Shown: positions 1 through 14,245 of the stretch, piece by piece
How positions within the stretch are numbered: the first letter of the stretch is position 1
Layout: every line of letters starts with the position of its first letter
NCBI RefSeq assembly: GCF_006345805.1
Contig: NC_042998.1
Location: 66,712,001 to 66,776,000 of the forward strand
Direction: 5' to 3'
DNA from: Octopus sinensis
Lineage: Eukaryota
DNA: 64,000 nucleotides
Made by a program: the position numbers and the translations under genes
Notes under the pieces: model-generated
What the model was told of the DNA's origin: nothing
What the model saw: only the letters and a program-made list of their open reading frames with translations
Database searches by the model: none

Positions 1-59
1 ACTTTTGAATGATGAAATAATGTATTATATTATTATTTATATTATATTGAATCGTGTTT

Positions 60-560
60 ATTTTGTTTTGGAGAGATTTTTATTAAGCTTTAATTTAATT
101 TTAGTAGTAACAATGGAAAACTGGTAGGATTATTATTTGTATGGACTTAAAGCTTGGTCGCGATTTAGCATACAATTTGGTTACTGCAAGTTTACTAATA
201 ATACAGATAGATTTACATCGGTTTATATGTTTCCTTGTTGTAGTTTTATTAAAGTTTGTTGTTAATCCTTGCTATAATTTGACTGACTTTTGATTCACTT
301 TTATGGAAGACCGTAGGGAATATAAATTTTGTATAACTTTGTCGCTGTTTAATTACGTATTTAGGAGTTGATTGCAATTTACTTATTGAATTTATTTCCG
401 ATGCGGTTGTACAAAGGGTAAATGTGTTTGACAGCTGTGGTGTCTTTGGTATGCTTGTCCCTAAACTACACTTATTTTAGCGATATTGACACCGCCAAAT
501 TGAATGCTACTGCCCAGGTGTCGAAATCATGATGGTATTCGTGGGGCAGCTGATAATGGA
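60..560 (-). mobile_element. Highly degenerate Penelope-like element (GIY-YIG endonuclease region) relic
   Basis: Stop-riddled minus-strand translation gives FRDKHTKDTTAVKHIYPL...NRCKSICIISKLAV, loosely like the PLE GIY-YIG C-terminus (FR...ST.LSKHIW...KCNLCL.EK). The similarity is weak and judged by eye. Confidence 0.3.
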
Positions 561-694
561 GGTATGTTGGATTGTTGGTATGGCTGTTTTGGTACATGTG
601 GAATAGTATTATGACACATCATTATATATATATACATACATATATATATATACCTATATATGTTTGCGTGTGTTTGCCTGTGTTTGCATGTATG

Positions 695-736
<42 letters not shown>

Positions 737-1542
737 ACATATACGCGCAAACACACTCACCCACACAAATATGTATATTTCTATACATATACATGCACAT
801 ATGTACTCATAACACGTGCATATAGGCATGAATGAATGCATATATATAAGTAAGTATGTATGTATGTATGTATGTGTGTGTATGTATGTATGTATGCATG
901 TATGTGTGTGTATGGATATATGTACGTTCATATGTAACCGTGAGCGTGTGGAGTTTGCAGTTGAGAGGCAAAATACTGCGTATGATGTTAAGATGTTAAT
1001 ATCTAAATCTTGAAAGACGTTTACCTGCGTATGTATATACGTTCATATATATATATATATATATAGGTGTATGTGTTTGTGCGTGTGTTTGTGTGAGTAC
1101 TTTTGTGCGTGCATGTGTGTGTGTATGTGTATGGATGTGTGTGTGTGTGTGCGTGTGTGTTTCTGTGTGTGTGTAGAGGTATTATATATTCGATAATATT
1201 CTTTTCTGATCAGTGTTAAATATTTTCGTGAATGCTTATACATGCGTTCTTGACAGTTCCGTTGCATTCCATAAGTCTTCGTTCCGCATAACGTAGATTA
1301 TGAAGAGAATAGAAAACGTGCAGGAAAGAATGCGTTTCTTAACCTTATTTGGACGACAAGCTCAAAAGTGTTTTCCAATGTAGTTTCATTAATCGGATGT
1401 GAGTGTCATCAAAGATGTAGACTTATGCACCCATCAACCACACTCCCTCATAAATACAAAAGCACATATAAAATGTGCGTTTATTCATGTATAGGTATAC
1501 ATGTATATGTTTGGATGTGTGTGTTTGTGTGTGTGTACTTAC

Positions 1543-1584
1543 TCTTAAAAATGTCGGGTGTACGTGCGTGCCGTTACTTAATAA
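1543..1584 (-). CDS. Candidate 42-nt phase-0 micro-exon (LLSNGTHVHPTFLR), unknown gene
   Basis: Minus strand reads actttttcag|TTA...AGA|gtaagt. Only frame 0 is open. No homology recognised, so it could be chance. Confidence 0.2.
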
Positions 1585-1782
1585 CTGAAAAAGTTTTCGT
1601 TGTAAATAAACAACGACAGATAATCACCTGCTTATATTGAAGGCACAAAACGAATGGAAGACAGAGAGGGTCCCTATTTTTTATATATACAAATGTGTGT
1701 GTGGTGTGTGTGTGTGTGTGGGTGGGCGGGTGGCCGGGGTGGGTGTAACTACATATATGTATATATATATATTATAATATAT

Positions 1783-1813
<31 letters not shown>

Positions 1814-2700
1814 CGAATATACATTATACATATATATATGCATACATAACATATATTACATATATATACATTATATATATATATATATATATATATAAGT
1901 ATATAATATATATATATATATGAGGTGTGTGTGGTGTGGTGTGGGTGTGTGGTGTATGTGTTCGTTTTTCGCTTTACTTGTTTCAGCTCAGAGCGTTACC
2001 TCATTTGTGTGATGTGGAAAATATTCCATCAATATTGCACAAATGATGTTGGCATCAATTTCAAAATCAATCCAAGACTTGGTCCACGTGCTATCCACTC
2101 ACTACAAAAATCCAATTCTAGATACGTTACAACATTACGTCACAATTAGCCTACGTCAACCGGTCTAGCTGTCTTTAATACCATAGCAGAAGAGTCACGA
2201 CGGAAACGGATCCCATATAATTAAAAATTCACTGGATAATTTTTTTTCAAAAATCCCGGAAAGACGCGACTTTGCTAAAAGAATTGTTCTCACAAAGCAA
2301 ATTTAATAAAATTTGGGATTTGCCGAGGGTTAAAGTGGTAATAAAAACAGGACAGTAATAAAAAAAACTGTAAAAACAAACGGTAATGGCTGTTAAGCCA
2401 TAACGATGCGAAGTGGTGAAGGCTGGAGATCGAGCTTTGACAGAGACAGACAAAATCGTGTCGTCTCTTGTAAAGCATGAGAAAAAAGGAAGATAGCAGC
2501 TGGTCAGGTGTGAGCAACAAAAGAGTCAAGAAGGAAGTGTGAGGGAGAGAGAGGGAGAGAAAGAGAACAGTGAAGGGGAGTAGGAGAAAAACGGAAAGAA
2601 GAATAATAGAGATAGTTGTAGAGTGCGCATCAGATGTATTAAGATAAAACATACTTGGAAATGGAAGTGTGGCATTACACATATATTTATATATATATAC

Positions 2701-2734
<34 letters not shown>

Positions 2735-2753
2735 CTATATATATATATATATA

Positions 2754-2800
<47 letters not shown>

Positions 2801-3253
2801 TATACTATAATACACATGTATATACATATATAACTACACGCATAGATTATAGAACATATATATAATTATATATACATACAAATATATATACATATAAATA
2901 TATATACATAATACATATATATGCATATAGATAGGGACAGACAGACAGACAGACAGATAGACAGATAGACAGATAGCAGCAGCTGCCAAGGTGGGCAACT
3001 GGTGCCCTTCAGGTATTAAAACACACAAAATTAAGTGAAATACCACTGCCCTTATAGCACGTAAAGAAAATGCTGTTGTGCTACAGCAGTACTGTGCATC
3101 GCTTAAATACTGAGATTGAAAAGCATGGACGAATTATGCCTACCTACTCAGCAAAAAATTTTAAATGTTTGCATTTTATGCATAGTAATCAGAGTAACCT
3201 TCATGATTTTATGTTATTAGGCCCATATTTTGCAATGAAATTAAAATGTCGCA

Positions 3254-3427
3254 GGCGCAGGAAAGCCTGTGTAGTAAGTAACTTGCTTACCAATCACATA
3301 GTACCAAGTTCTATCCCACTGCGTGGCACCTTGGGCAAGTGTCTTCTATTATAGCCTCGGGCCGATCAAAGCCTTGTAAGTGGATTTGGGAGACGGAAAC
3401 TGAAAGAAGCCCGTCGTATATATGTTA

Positions 3428-3504
<77 letters not shown>

Positions 3505-3682
3505 TTGTTTGTCTACCCAACATCGCTTGACAACCGATGCTGGTGTGTTGACGTCCCTGTAACCTAGCGGTTCGGCAAAAGAGACCAATAAAATAAGTCC
3601 TGAGGTCGATTTGCTCGACTAAAGGCGGTACTCCAGCATGGTCGCAGTCAAATACCTGAACAAGAGAAAGAGTAAAAGAGTA
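3254..3682 (+). mobile_element. tRNA-derived SINE, Octopus-type major family, full length with internal (TA)n
   Basis: Head ggcgcagg...gtaagtaacttgcttacc, core ccactgcgtggcaccttgggcaagtgtcttct, tail ggcggtactccagcatggtcgcagtcaaa...agtaaaagagt. Same family as the copies at 31948 and 48458. Confidence 0.85.
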
Positions 3683-4039
3683 TCGATCTATTTTATTCAA
3701 GGTATGGACTGCCTAGTTTGCCTACATAGATTGCATGTCCCCTGTATATGCACGCACGCAAACACACACACACCACACACATATATATATATATACATAT
3801 ATATACACGTATATATGAACACAGGTATGTGTGTATTAGAATATCTAAAATGGCTGAAGCCATAATTAGAGTCCTGATATAGGGTAAGCACGCGATTACA
3901 TTTTATGGTATATTAAATAAAAGAACAGAACTACTATCAAGAAACGAAGTACACCATAGTTCAGCCATTCCTTATAAAATTCTACGTAATCTGCTATTTA
4001 TCACATAACTTGAATGACGCTATTGTCGCATAACTTTCT

Positions 4040-4420
4040 CATTTAAGTATATATGAGCATGTCTAGATATGCAAGTATATGTTTGAGAAAGCATACATAA
4101 AATAAAACATACAACTGAGTACGTTTACATTCATACAAAGATATTTTGTTCTTGATGTTGAAATTCCAATGGAGGTGCCTTGAATCTAGATTAGAAACCG
4201 GCACTTTCTCTATTGTCAAGAAATTTTGAAATAACACTGAACAATGACATACATTCAAGTTCAGGTGTATACCTGTAATTATTGGAGCCCTGGGATATGT
4301 AACCCACTGACTAAATACCAGTCTTGAGAAATTAGGCTTCTTAAAACCAGAAAGGAGAAAGTTAATTCGAAGACTACAGATCCAATCTATCATTGGAAAT
4401 GTAAAAATGTGTAAAACTTA
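4040..4420 (+). mobile_element. 3' fragment of a REL-type non-LTR retrotransposon (NeSL/CRE-like), permuted: 3'UTR precedes the ORF end
   Basis: 4250-4420 translates as FRCIPVIIGALGYVTH*LNTSLEKLGFLKPERRKLIRRLQIQSIIG, homologous to 9552-9758. 4040-4250 matches the 3'UTR at 9770-9975. Confidence 0.6.
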
Positions 4421-4816
4421 TATGGCTGAAACAAATAAATGAATACGAAAATGCACTCACATATAAATGTAGACGCAGAAGCATATATAAACTATCCTAA
4501 ATATATTATTATACATATATACATATATACGTATGTATATAAATGTATACATGCATATAGACACGTACGCAAAACACATACATATATACGTACGTAGACA
4601 TATAGCCACACTCATACACAAGTTTAGGAGGAATGGTCCAGAGGGCTGGTAATGAAATGGATATAACTCTATAGAGTGGAAGAGGGTTGGTAACGTTACA
4701 ACTGGTGTCGTTCAGTGGACACACACTCATTCAATTGCTGGTGCATATTCACTTTACCACATTGTATCTCTCCAGTGTCACTCTCTATCTCACCCTATAT
4801 TTCTCCAGCATCCCTC

Positions 4817-4894
<78 letters not shown>

Positions 4895-4895
4895 A

Positions 4896-4956
<61 letters not shown>

Positions 4957-5304
4957 CCTCCTTCATCTTTCCTTCTCTATCTCTCGAGCATCGCGCTCTC
5001 TCTCTCTCTCTCTCATTCACTTTCTATCTCTTTCTCTCTCTAGCATCACTGTCTCTATATCTCTTCATCCTGTTTGTGTGTATGTATCTCTCTCTCTCTC
5101 TCTCACTCACGACTCTCCCTTTCCCTCTCTTTCCTTGTTTTCATCATGTCATTCACTTTTTCTCACCCTAGTTTTGTTCCTTTTACCCTCTTTCTCTTTC
5201 ATATCACCCTTTCACCCTTGTCTCCCTCTTCTCTCTGACTCTCCCCCTCTCTCTCTCTCACGCACACACAACACATACAAACACGCACACACACTCTCTC
5301 TCTG

Positions 5305-5339
<35 letters not shown>

Positions 5340-5359
5340 GTTAGTTCACAAACTTTAAA

Positions 5360-7260
<1,901 letters not shown>

Positions 7261-7589
7261 TTAGCATTCTCTTACATCTCTATATCTTTGCTCATTCTTT
7301 CTGACTCTGTCTCTGCCTGTCTCTTTCACTCTCTCTCTCTTCCTCCTTCTCTCTCACTAACTCTCTCCCTATTCCGCCTTTCACTGTCTATCTCTCCCTT
7401 TCTCTCTCGCTTGCTTGCGTAACCACTGAACTACGAAGCCGAAATCGTTTCGATAACTTAGGGATATGATTAGCTAACTAGCTAGATAGATGGATGGATG
7501 GATGGGTGGATGGATGGATGGATGGATGGATGGATGGATGGATGGTTGGGTGGATAATGAATGGCAGACTGGCTTGATGGATGAGTTTT

Positions 7590-8007
7590 TTTATTAGCCA
7601 CACAGGGCCGAACACAGAGGCGACAAAATACAATGTAGAACTTTTCTTTTTGAAAACAGACAAAAAATAAGAAAATAAATTTCAGATCAAAAGGGATTGT
7701 GTAATTACAGAAAATATCATAAATGTAAAAAACAAATTAGGTTTATCCGTGGAAAGAAGAAAAACCTACGAAAAAGACCACAGTAACCTCAGGCAAGGAG
7801 GTAAAAAATACATGAGGGCAAAGTACTCTCTCCCTCTCTTATTTTTTCGATTTACAGGATCGTACGCAAAGTGGTTTCGTCATTCGTGCGTACCATCTTT
7901 GCTACATTCACCCACCTTTTATTGAAATTTTCACGAGACAAAACTTCTGACCTTCGTTTTTAACTTGAAAAAGTTGATGAGCAATTGGCCAGAGAGGGAA
8001 GTGTTTC
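7590..8007 (-). mobile_element. Tx1/L1-clade LINE, 3' end (ORF2 C-terminus and 3'UTR); left half of an element split by a nested insertion
   Basis: Minus translation NTFLSGQLLINFFKLKTKVR...RWVNVAKMVRTNDETTLRTIL continues directly from LATNTF at 8606. The 3'UTR ends ...gccctgtgtggctaataaaaaaa. Confidence 0.75.
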
Positions 8008-8097
8008 TACAGTTCTATATTTAAGAGATGAAGAATTATCCACATTATTTACATTATTTACATTTGACGGATATTTGTCCTCGACTTGTTTGTGGTT

Positions 8098-8144
8098 AAC
8101 ACAACGTTTCGGCTGATATACTCTCCAAGCATTCATCAGGTATC
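8098..8144 (-). ncRNA. Minimal type I hammerhead ribozyme motif (core intact, stem II partly decayed)
   Basis: Minus strand: GATAC-CTGATGA-A-TGCTT ggagagtatat CAGCC-GAAA-CG-TT-GTGTT. Stem I GATAC/GTGTT pairs, and stem III is the palindromic ACGT (dimeric type). Confidence 0.7.
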
Positions 8145-8202
8145 TTGGAGAAATTTCGAACCTGGGTTCCCATACCTAAGGTATTTTTCGGTGTCATTGT
8201 TG

Positions 8203-8258
<56 letters not shown>

Positions 8259-8274
8259 TTTATTATTTTTATTA

Positions 8275-8344
<70 letters not shown>

Positions 8345-8425
8345 AGACACTGTCTGGAATCGAATTCGGAATCTTGGGGTTAGTGGCCCGCGCTCTTAAC
8401 CACTACGCCATATGCCCGTGGGCAT
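8345..8425 (-). other. tRNA-derived Pol III-type SINE head
   Basis: gggcatatggcgtagtggttaagagcgcgggccactaaccccaagattccgaattcgattccagacagtg, with A-box TGGCGTAGTGG and B-box-like AATTCGATTCC. Confidence 0.75.
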
Positions 8426-8505
8426 ATTGCAGTGACCTGAATAATAATGATAACACCAACGAAAAATACCTTAGGAGTGAGAACCCAGGTTCGAAATTTA
8501 CCCAA

Positions 8506-8551
8506 GACATCTGATGAAGGCTAGAGGTTGTATCAGCCTAAACGTTGTGTT
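8506..8551 (+). ncRNA. Hammerhead motif, second copy (GAAA mutated to TAAA, likely inactive)
   Basis: GACAT-CTGATGA-A-GGCTA gaggttgtat CAGCC-TAAA-CG-TT-GTGTT. Confidence 0.6.
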
Positions 8552-8605
8552 AACAAACAAGATGAGGACAAATATCCGTCAAATGTAAATAATATAAATA
8601 ATGTA

Positions 8606-9410
8606 GGAAAGTGTTCGTCGCTAAACTTTTCGCTCGAGTCCACCACACACATTCTTTCTCCATGACCACTATGAACACTGCCTTGCCTTTCCGGTTCAGG
8701 GTACGTGGCGGAGAAATTTTCACGATAGACTCGGCCGACAACTGAATTTGTCCCATACGTGACAGCAGCCGGTCGGCATAAGCCCACAGGTCCTAAATGG
8801 CTGGACACCTCACCAGTGCGTGCAGAACGGTTCTGTCGCTCTGACTGAATCTAGGGCAAGTCGGTCCGGTGTGTCTCAAACCGTGTCTGTAGAGCTTATC
8901 CCGAACGGACGACGCATCTCGAAAGGGCTGCCAGACCTGGGATCTCTGGTCATTGTCTATATGTCCCGGCCCGAATGTTGTCCTGAACAGGCGTGTTAGA
9001 TGTTCTCCGTCGACACCCAGATTCTGCCCGAGAACGTCGTCGCACCACCCCTCCACTAATCCTCTATAGAACGTCTTTGTGGTATTGAAGTCGGGCAAGT
9101 TTGGTTCCGGACAGCAGAGTTGCTGGAGAGCAAGGCGACACTCGCCCAGCCTCGGTCTCTGTTTGATCCACGACTTTAGTTTGGCCAAAGAGACGAGCTG
9201 CGGGAAATCGCGCTGCACAAACGACCACACCTGTTCTACGTCGTCTATGAAGCGCATGTCTGCGCATCATCAACCACGGCACGCCCAGCCCTCTAGCTGG
9301 TGCTGACAGCAAATGGATAGCCTAACCATCGGAGGCTACGAAGAGTATATGTTCCAGTTTGGTGATGGTAGGGTCGGGACAAGGCACGATATTCTGACGG
9401 TAATCGCGAT
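8606..9410 (-). mobile_element. Tx1/L1-clade LINE ORF2 C-terminal region (zf-RVT-like), degenerate
   Basis: GLGVPWLMMRRHAL...FYRGLVEGWCDDVLGQNLGVD...SVRDKLYRHGLRHTGPTCPRFSQSDRTVLHALVRCP...KECVWWTR, a decayed CxxC-x7-H-x4-C zinc knuckle. Locally GC-rich. Confidence 0.85.
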
Positions 9411-9549
9411 CTTTAGAGATAGATAGACAGATAGATAGATAGATAGATAGATACATCATACATACATACATACATCATACATACATACATACATACATAA
9501 TACATACATACATACTTACATGCATACATACATGCATACATACAAACAT

Positions 9550-9975
9550 ACATGGAAAATACCTATGCTCATCTATTGAGGAATCTACAACAACTCAAGC
9601 CAGATTACAAGTTCAGGTTTATATCTTTAATTATTGGCGCACTTGGATATGTAACACACTGCTTATATACCAATCTTGAGAAATTAGGCTTCTTAAAACT
9701 AGAAAGGAGAAAGCTGATTCGGTGGCATGAAATGCAAGCCATCACTAGAACTGTTTAGGAGTTTAACATTTAATTATATATGAACATGTCTAGATATGAA
9801 AGTATATGAAAGAGATTACATACATAAAACAAAACAAACAAATCTGCAGATATACATACATACAAAAATGTTTATGTTGAAAAAATTCCTACGATAGAGC
9901 CTTGAATGTAGGATAGAAACCGGCTTTTCTTTATTGACAAGTACTCTTGAAATAAGCCTGAACAATAACATACGT
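9550..9975 (+). mobile_element. 3' end of a REL-type non-LTR retrotransposon (NeSL/CRE-like)
   Basis: ENTYAHLLRNLQQLKPDYKFRFISLIIGALGYVTHCLYTNLEKLGF resembles a REL endonuclease C-terminus (K..KY.EL...IIGALG), followed by a 3'UTR. Confidence 0.65.
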
Positions 9976-10275
9976 ACATGCAAGCATACAACCATACACA
10001 TATTCATGCTCATACAGACATGTACGCTCACACATATATATAATATGTAAATATTGTATATCATATATGAGTATTTGGATTACTACATAGCGTGCCGTTT
10101 CACGTACAGGGGTTACCAAATTAAGTACAAATGAAATGGTGATGTCGGTATAATCGACTAATCTCTTACCCTAAAATGTCAAGCCTTTTGCTTATGATAG
10201 AGAGAATTTTAAATATATACACACACGAACACACACACATATATACATATATAAACATACATATTAACATATATG

Positions 10276-10318
<43 letters not shown>

Positions 10319-10869
10319 TTGTATATATATACAAATATATGCGTACACATCCGTATGAATGTATCATATAAATATATATATATGCATGTATATATGTATA
10401 TATGTATTTATGTATGTAATGTATGTATGTATGTATGTATGTATATAAGTATGTATGTATGTATGTATGTATGTATGTATGTATGTATGTATGTATGTAT
10501 GTATGCATGTATGCATGTATGCATGTATGTATGTATGTATATGTATATTACTGCTTTGGGAAGCACATGAAAGTTTGTTTACAAAACAACACTACGAACT
10601 AATTATAGTTCTTAAGTCTGATGGAAAGCATCAGGTTAAGTGTTGGTGTAAATGGCTAGCACACTTGTCGCGAAAACAAAAAAAATTGTGGGTTCGTGTC
10701 CCTTGCCAACGGGAAAGCTACTTTTTTCCGTCGAAAGGGGCTTGTATGCTCCATTATTAGACTACTTTCTTTAGTCGTTGCGCGGTTATTAGCTCTAAGC
10801 TTATAAAATCCTATTATCATTATTTACAGACTATATATTTATATATATATATATATATATATACATAAT

Positions 10870-11310
10870 ATTAATTAGAGACAAAACCACTATTTTGCAA
10901 AACAAACAAGGAAAGACTTAATCAATACATAAAATTTTAATAAAAAGTAAAAAAACCGCCACTACAATTGTTTCATGTCCTGATCGACAATCTTCAGGTG
11001 GATTTCCAATCTAAAATATCAATATTTTAAAATATAAAAAATAATAATTTTAAAATAATTAAAGTATCAATGAAAAAATATAAATATATAATCTATATAT
11101 AACCTATATATAATCCATATATAATCAATATATAAACTAAAATAAACCTATCAACAATTAAATATAAAACAAAATAAAAATAAACTATATATACACCCAT
11201 ACACATATAACTAATTATATATAACCATATCTAAATACATACACTAAATCACACACCTATATATATATCCCTATACATACACATAAAAACGTCTAGGCAA
11301 CGATATATAT
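10870..11310 (-). mobile_element. PLE pLTR-like non-autonomous relic inserted between (TA)n arrays
   Basis: Contains the hammerhead at 10959-11001. AT-rich body bounded by (TA)n on both sides. Confidence 0.5.
10959..11001 (-). ncRNA. Minimal type I hammerhead ribozyme, apparently intact
   Basis: Minus strand: CCAC-CTGAAGA-T-TGTC gatcag GACA-T-GAAA-CAATTG-TA-GTGG. Stem I CCAC/GTGG, stem II TGTC/GACA, palindromic stem III ACAATTGT, GUA cleavage triplet. Confidence 0.85.
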
Positions 11311-11799
11311 ATATATATACATAAAGCCACACACATATATTTATAAGTAAGTCAAATTGCTTTTATTTTCTTCCTTTCTTTCCCTACCTTTGTTGTTTTT
11401 CTCTCTCTCTCTCTCTCTCTTTCTCTTTCTGTCCCTATCATATTCTTTTCTATTGTTTTGTTTGTCATTCTATCTCACTTTATCTTTCTTCTTTCGGTAC
11501 TGCCTGTCTATCTCTCGATCCCTTCTCTCTCTCACTCTCTCTTTCTCTCTCTATTTGACTTCCATGTCACTCTCGCAATTCCGTCTCCGTCTTCTCCCTT
11601 TCTCTCTCACACAGTCATTACACTACATTTTTCCCAGTTTTGAGAAGACGAGAGCTACTCTAAAGGAGATTTTGTCTTCGAGTTGCTTCCTGACATCACT
11701 TTTGCTGGATACCTCTTCAAGACAACATTGAAAGCGAGGTGCCTTACCAAATTTATTGAAAACTACTTGTTTACTATTCTAGAATGAGTGGTTGTATAT

Positions 11800-12180
11800 T
11801 AATAAATTTACTTGCCAACAACATAGCTCCAAGTTCAGTCAACGGCTTGGGACATTTTGCTATTACCTTTTACTAAAACATCGGTCCACCCAAGCCCTCG
11901 TGAGTGCATTTGCTAGACAGAATCAGAAAGAAAGACGCCCACATTATTTATATTTATGTGTGTATGTGTGTGTCAGTTTAGTTTCTCTTCACCTCTCGAC
12001 AATAAGTGTTGGTGTGTGTACGTCCCCGAAACTTAGATTTTCGGAAGACCGATAAAATAGATACGAGACAAAAAATATAAGTACTGGTGTCGAATCGGTC
12101 GCCTGAAATTCTTCTCGTGCGTTGCTCTATCATGAACGCAGTCTAATGACTCAGACAAATAAAACATGAAAGAGAGTCTT
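11800..12180 (+). mobile_element. Degenerate tRNA-derived SINE (major family)
   Basis: caagccctcgtgagtgcatttgctagac...gtgttggtgtgtgtacgtccccgaaacttag...aagtactggtgtcgaat resembles the 3254 copy. Confidence 0.6.
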
Positions 12181-12326
12181 CTATTAGACAAGTAATAGAA
12201 AAAAGACAGTCTTCTATGACAAAGCTACAAAGACTGTCAATCACTTTTCTTTTCGTTAATAAGTCGTCTAAAGATTAAACTTAAGTTAAAGTACATTTTT
12301 GAGCACAATGAAAGTATTTCTGACTG

Positions 12327-12455
<129 letters not shown>

Positions 12456-12485
12456 CATATATATATGTATATGTGTGTATGTGTC

Positions 12486-12522
<37 letters not shown>

Positions 12523-13889
12523 TATATATAAAATATATGCATGTGTGTGTGAGTTTGTGTGTATATATATATTATATATATATTTATATATATATATGCA
12601 TGTGTGTGTATTTATATATATATATAACAGAGTTATTAGAGAGAGTTACTTAACAAAAAACCTAATGTCTATTACGTATGCTTTGACTTATATATGTGTG
12701 TGTGTATTTATGATTCTGTGGGTGTAAATGTACGTATGTGTGTAATTCTCTATATGTGAATGATTATACATAAGATCTAATTTGCAATTTTGTCATCGTG
12801 AAGCAAAACTACATCAGAAATGAATTCTTTAAAAATGATCTGGTGAAAGTTCAAAAAAGTTGTTGGAGAAATCCCTGAAACTTACGAGCTAAATGTAAAA
12901 TGTGTTTACAAATTTGTTCGATCTGTGAGAAACAACAGCCTAATCTCCATCATTGGAATGACGCATCGCATAGGAAAAAAACCACTGACAGTATGTCTTT
13001 AACTTGAATATTTGAGATTATAGATCTACTCAATCATATTTGTTGTATAGCTAAACGAGAACATATATACGCACGTATCTATGACACTAGACACACGCAC
13101 ACAAAACTGTTATACATATATCAAATCAACAAATATAAGAGCTTGACTGACGGCTATCACTTTCTAATGGTCGACATTGTGACCTCACGTTTTACTAATT
13201 TACTCTGCAAAATCAGAATAGCTGCGAGCCGTCAGAGAAATGAGCCTGCGAGTTAGGGTGGTTTTTGCAAGAGGTTTCATTGGCCATTCTTGCGACAATG
13301 CCTTCGCGATCATGAATGTAAGGCGCGGCCGAACATGTCATTCGTCCTCTGTATCTCCACGTCTGTTAATTGATTTTCCTCTCCTCCGCCTTTTCTGCTT
13401 TCTTTCCTTGATGAAGTACTGATGGCGCTTTTATCTCGAGAATTTGATCTTTCATACTTTTCAAGTTATTATTTCATTTCTTCACGTTAAAATAATGTTG
13501 ACGTTTAAAAAACAAAAATTTTACTACGTGAAAATTGCATATCATAGTCAGACATATTTACGATCAGGATAAATTCTTTTTTTTTTTCGTCAAACCGTCT
13601 GTCACTCTATTTCTCTCTCTCTCTCTCCTTCTCAAACAAGACTTACACGTAGTGATATATATATGACAAGTTTGCCAAACTCATTTTCAAGAAAGTGATC
13701 GAATCGGGGCAAAAATTAGCTGACCCCAAGGCTATGTGGTGGCGAGGTTAGCTTCTTAACCATACAGTTATGTTCATATGCTGAGAGTCGATTACATCGA
13801 ATGCATCACTCTTCCAAAATCTAAAATTATGAGATTATGTTAAACATGAATTTTTTAAAACAATAATGGTTCCTTATATATATATATAT

Positions 13890-14170
13890 GACCGTAACCG
13901 ACCAGGCTATCAGATGTTGTCACACATCGCTGGTCACATTGCACTTCGCATTGTTTTAGCCTTCAAATGACGCTACCCCGCTGACAAAGCGAGAAGGCCA
14001 ACAGAAGAAAGAGTGAGATAAACTTGTGGCGAAAGAGTATACCAGAGATCGCCACCACCCACTGCCGGAGCCTCGTGGAGCTTTAGGTATTTTTGCTCAA
14101 GAAACACTCACAACGTCCGGTCTGGGAATAAACACCGCGAGTCCACTGCCCTAACCATTGGGCCATTGCA
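13890..14170 (-). mobile_element. tRNA-derived SINE, second family (related copy at 42335-42590, plus strand)
   Basis: Minus head gtggaggtgcaatggcccaatggttagggcagtggactc; tail gaaggctaaaacaatgcgaagtgcaatgtgaccagcgatgtg...ctgatagcctggtcggttacggtca. Confidence 0.75.
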
Positions 14171-14181
14171 CCTCCACACAA

Positions 14182-14245
<64 letters not shown>

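Larger units (their letters stand above)
8008..8605. mobile_element. Nested insertion: head-to-head inverted dimer of a tRNA-headed SINE-like element with hammerhead-containing (PLE pLTR-like) tail
   Basis: Flanked by ggaagtgtttc (7997-8007) and ggaaagtgttc (8606-8616), an apparent TSD inside the Tx1 relic. 8045-8195 and 8445-8605 are reverse complements. A minus-strand tRNA-like head lies at 8345-8425. Confidence 0.85.

Noticed and set aside
1925-2149. Plus-strand exon after tttacttgtttcag
   Set aside because: That acceptor-like string matches the reverse-complemented SINE tail, there is no good donor, and no homology was recognised.
4170-4215. gtgcc...gaaaccggcac hairpin (also at 9895-9930) as a ribozyme
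   Set aside because: No CUGANGA core. More likely a LINE 3'UTR stem-loop.
8345-8425. Functional tRNA gene
   Set aside because: The acceptor stem is incomplete and the sequence is fused to a repeat body. It is a SINE head.
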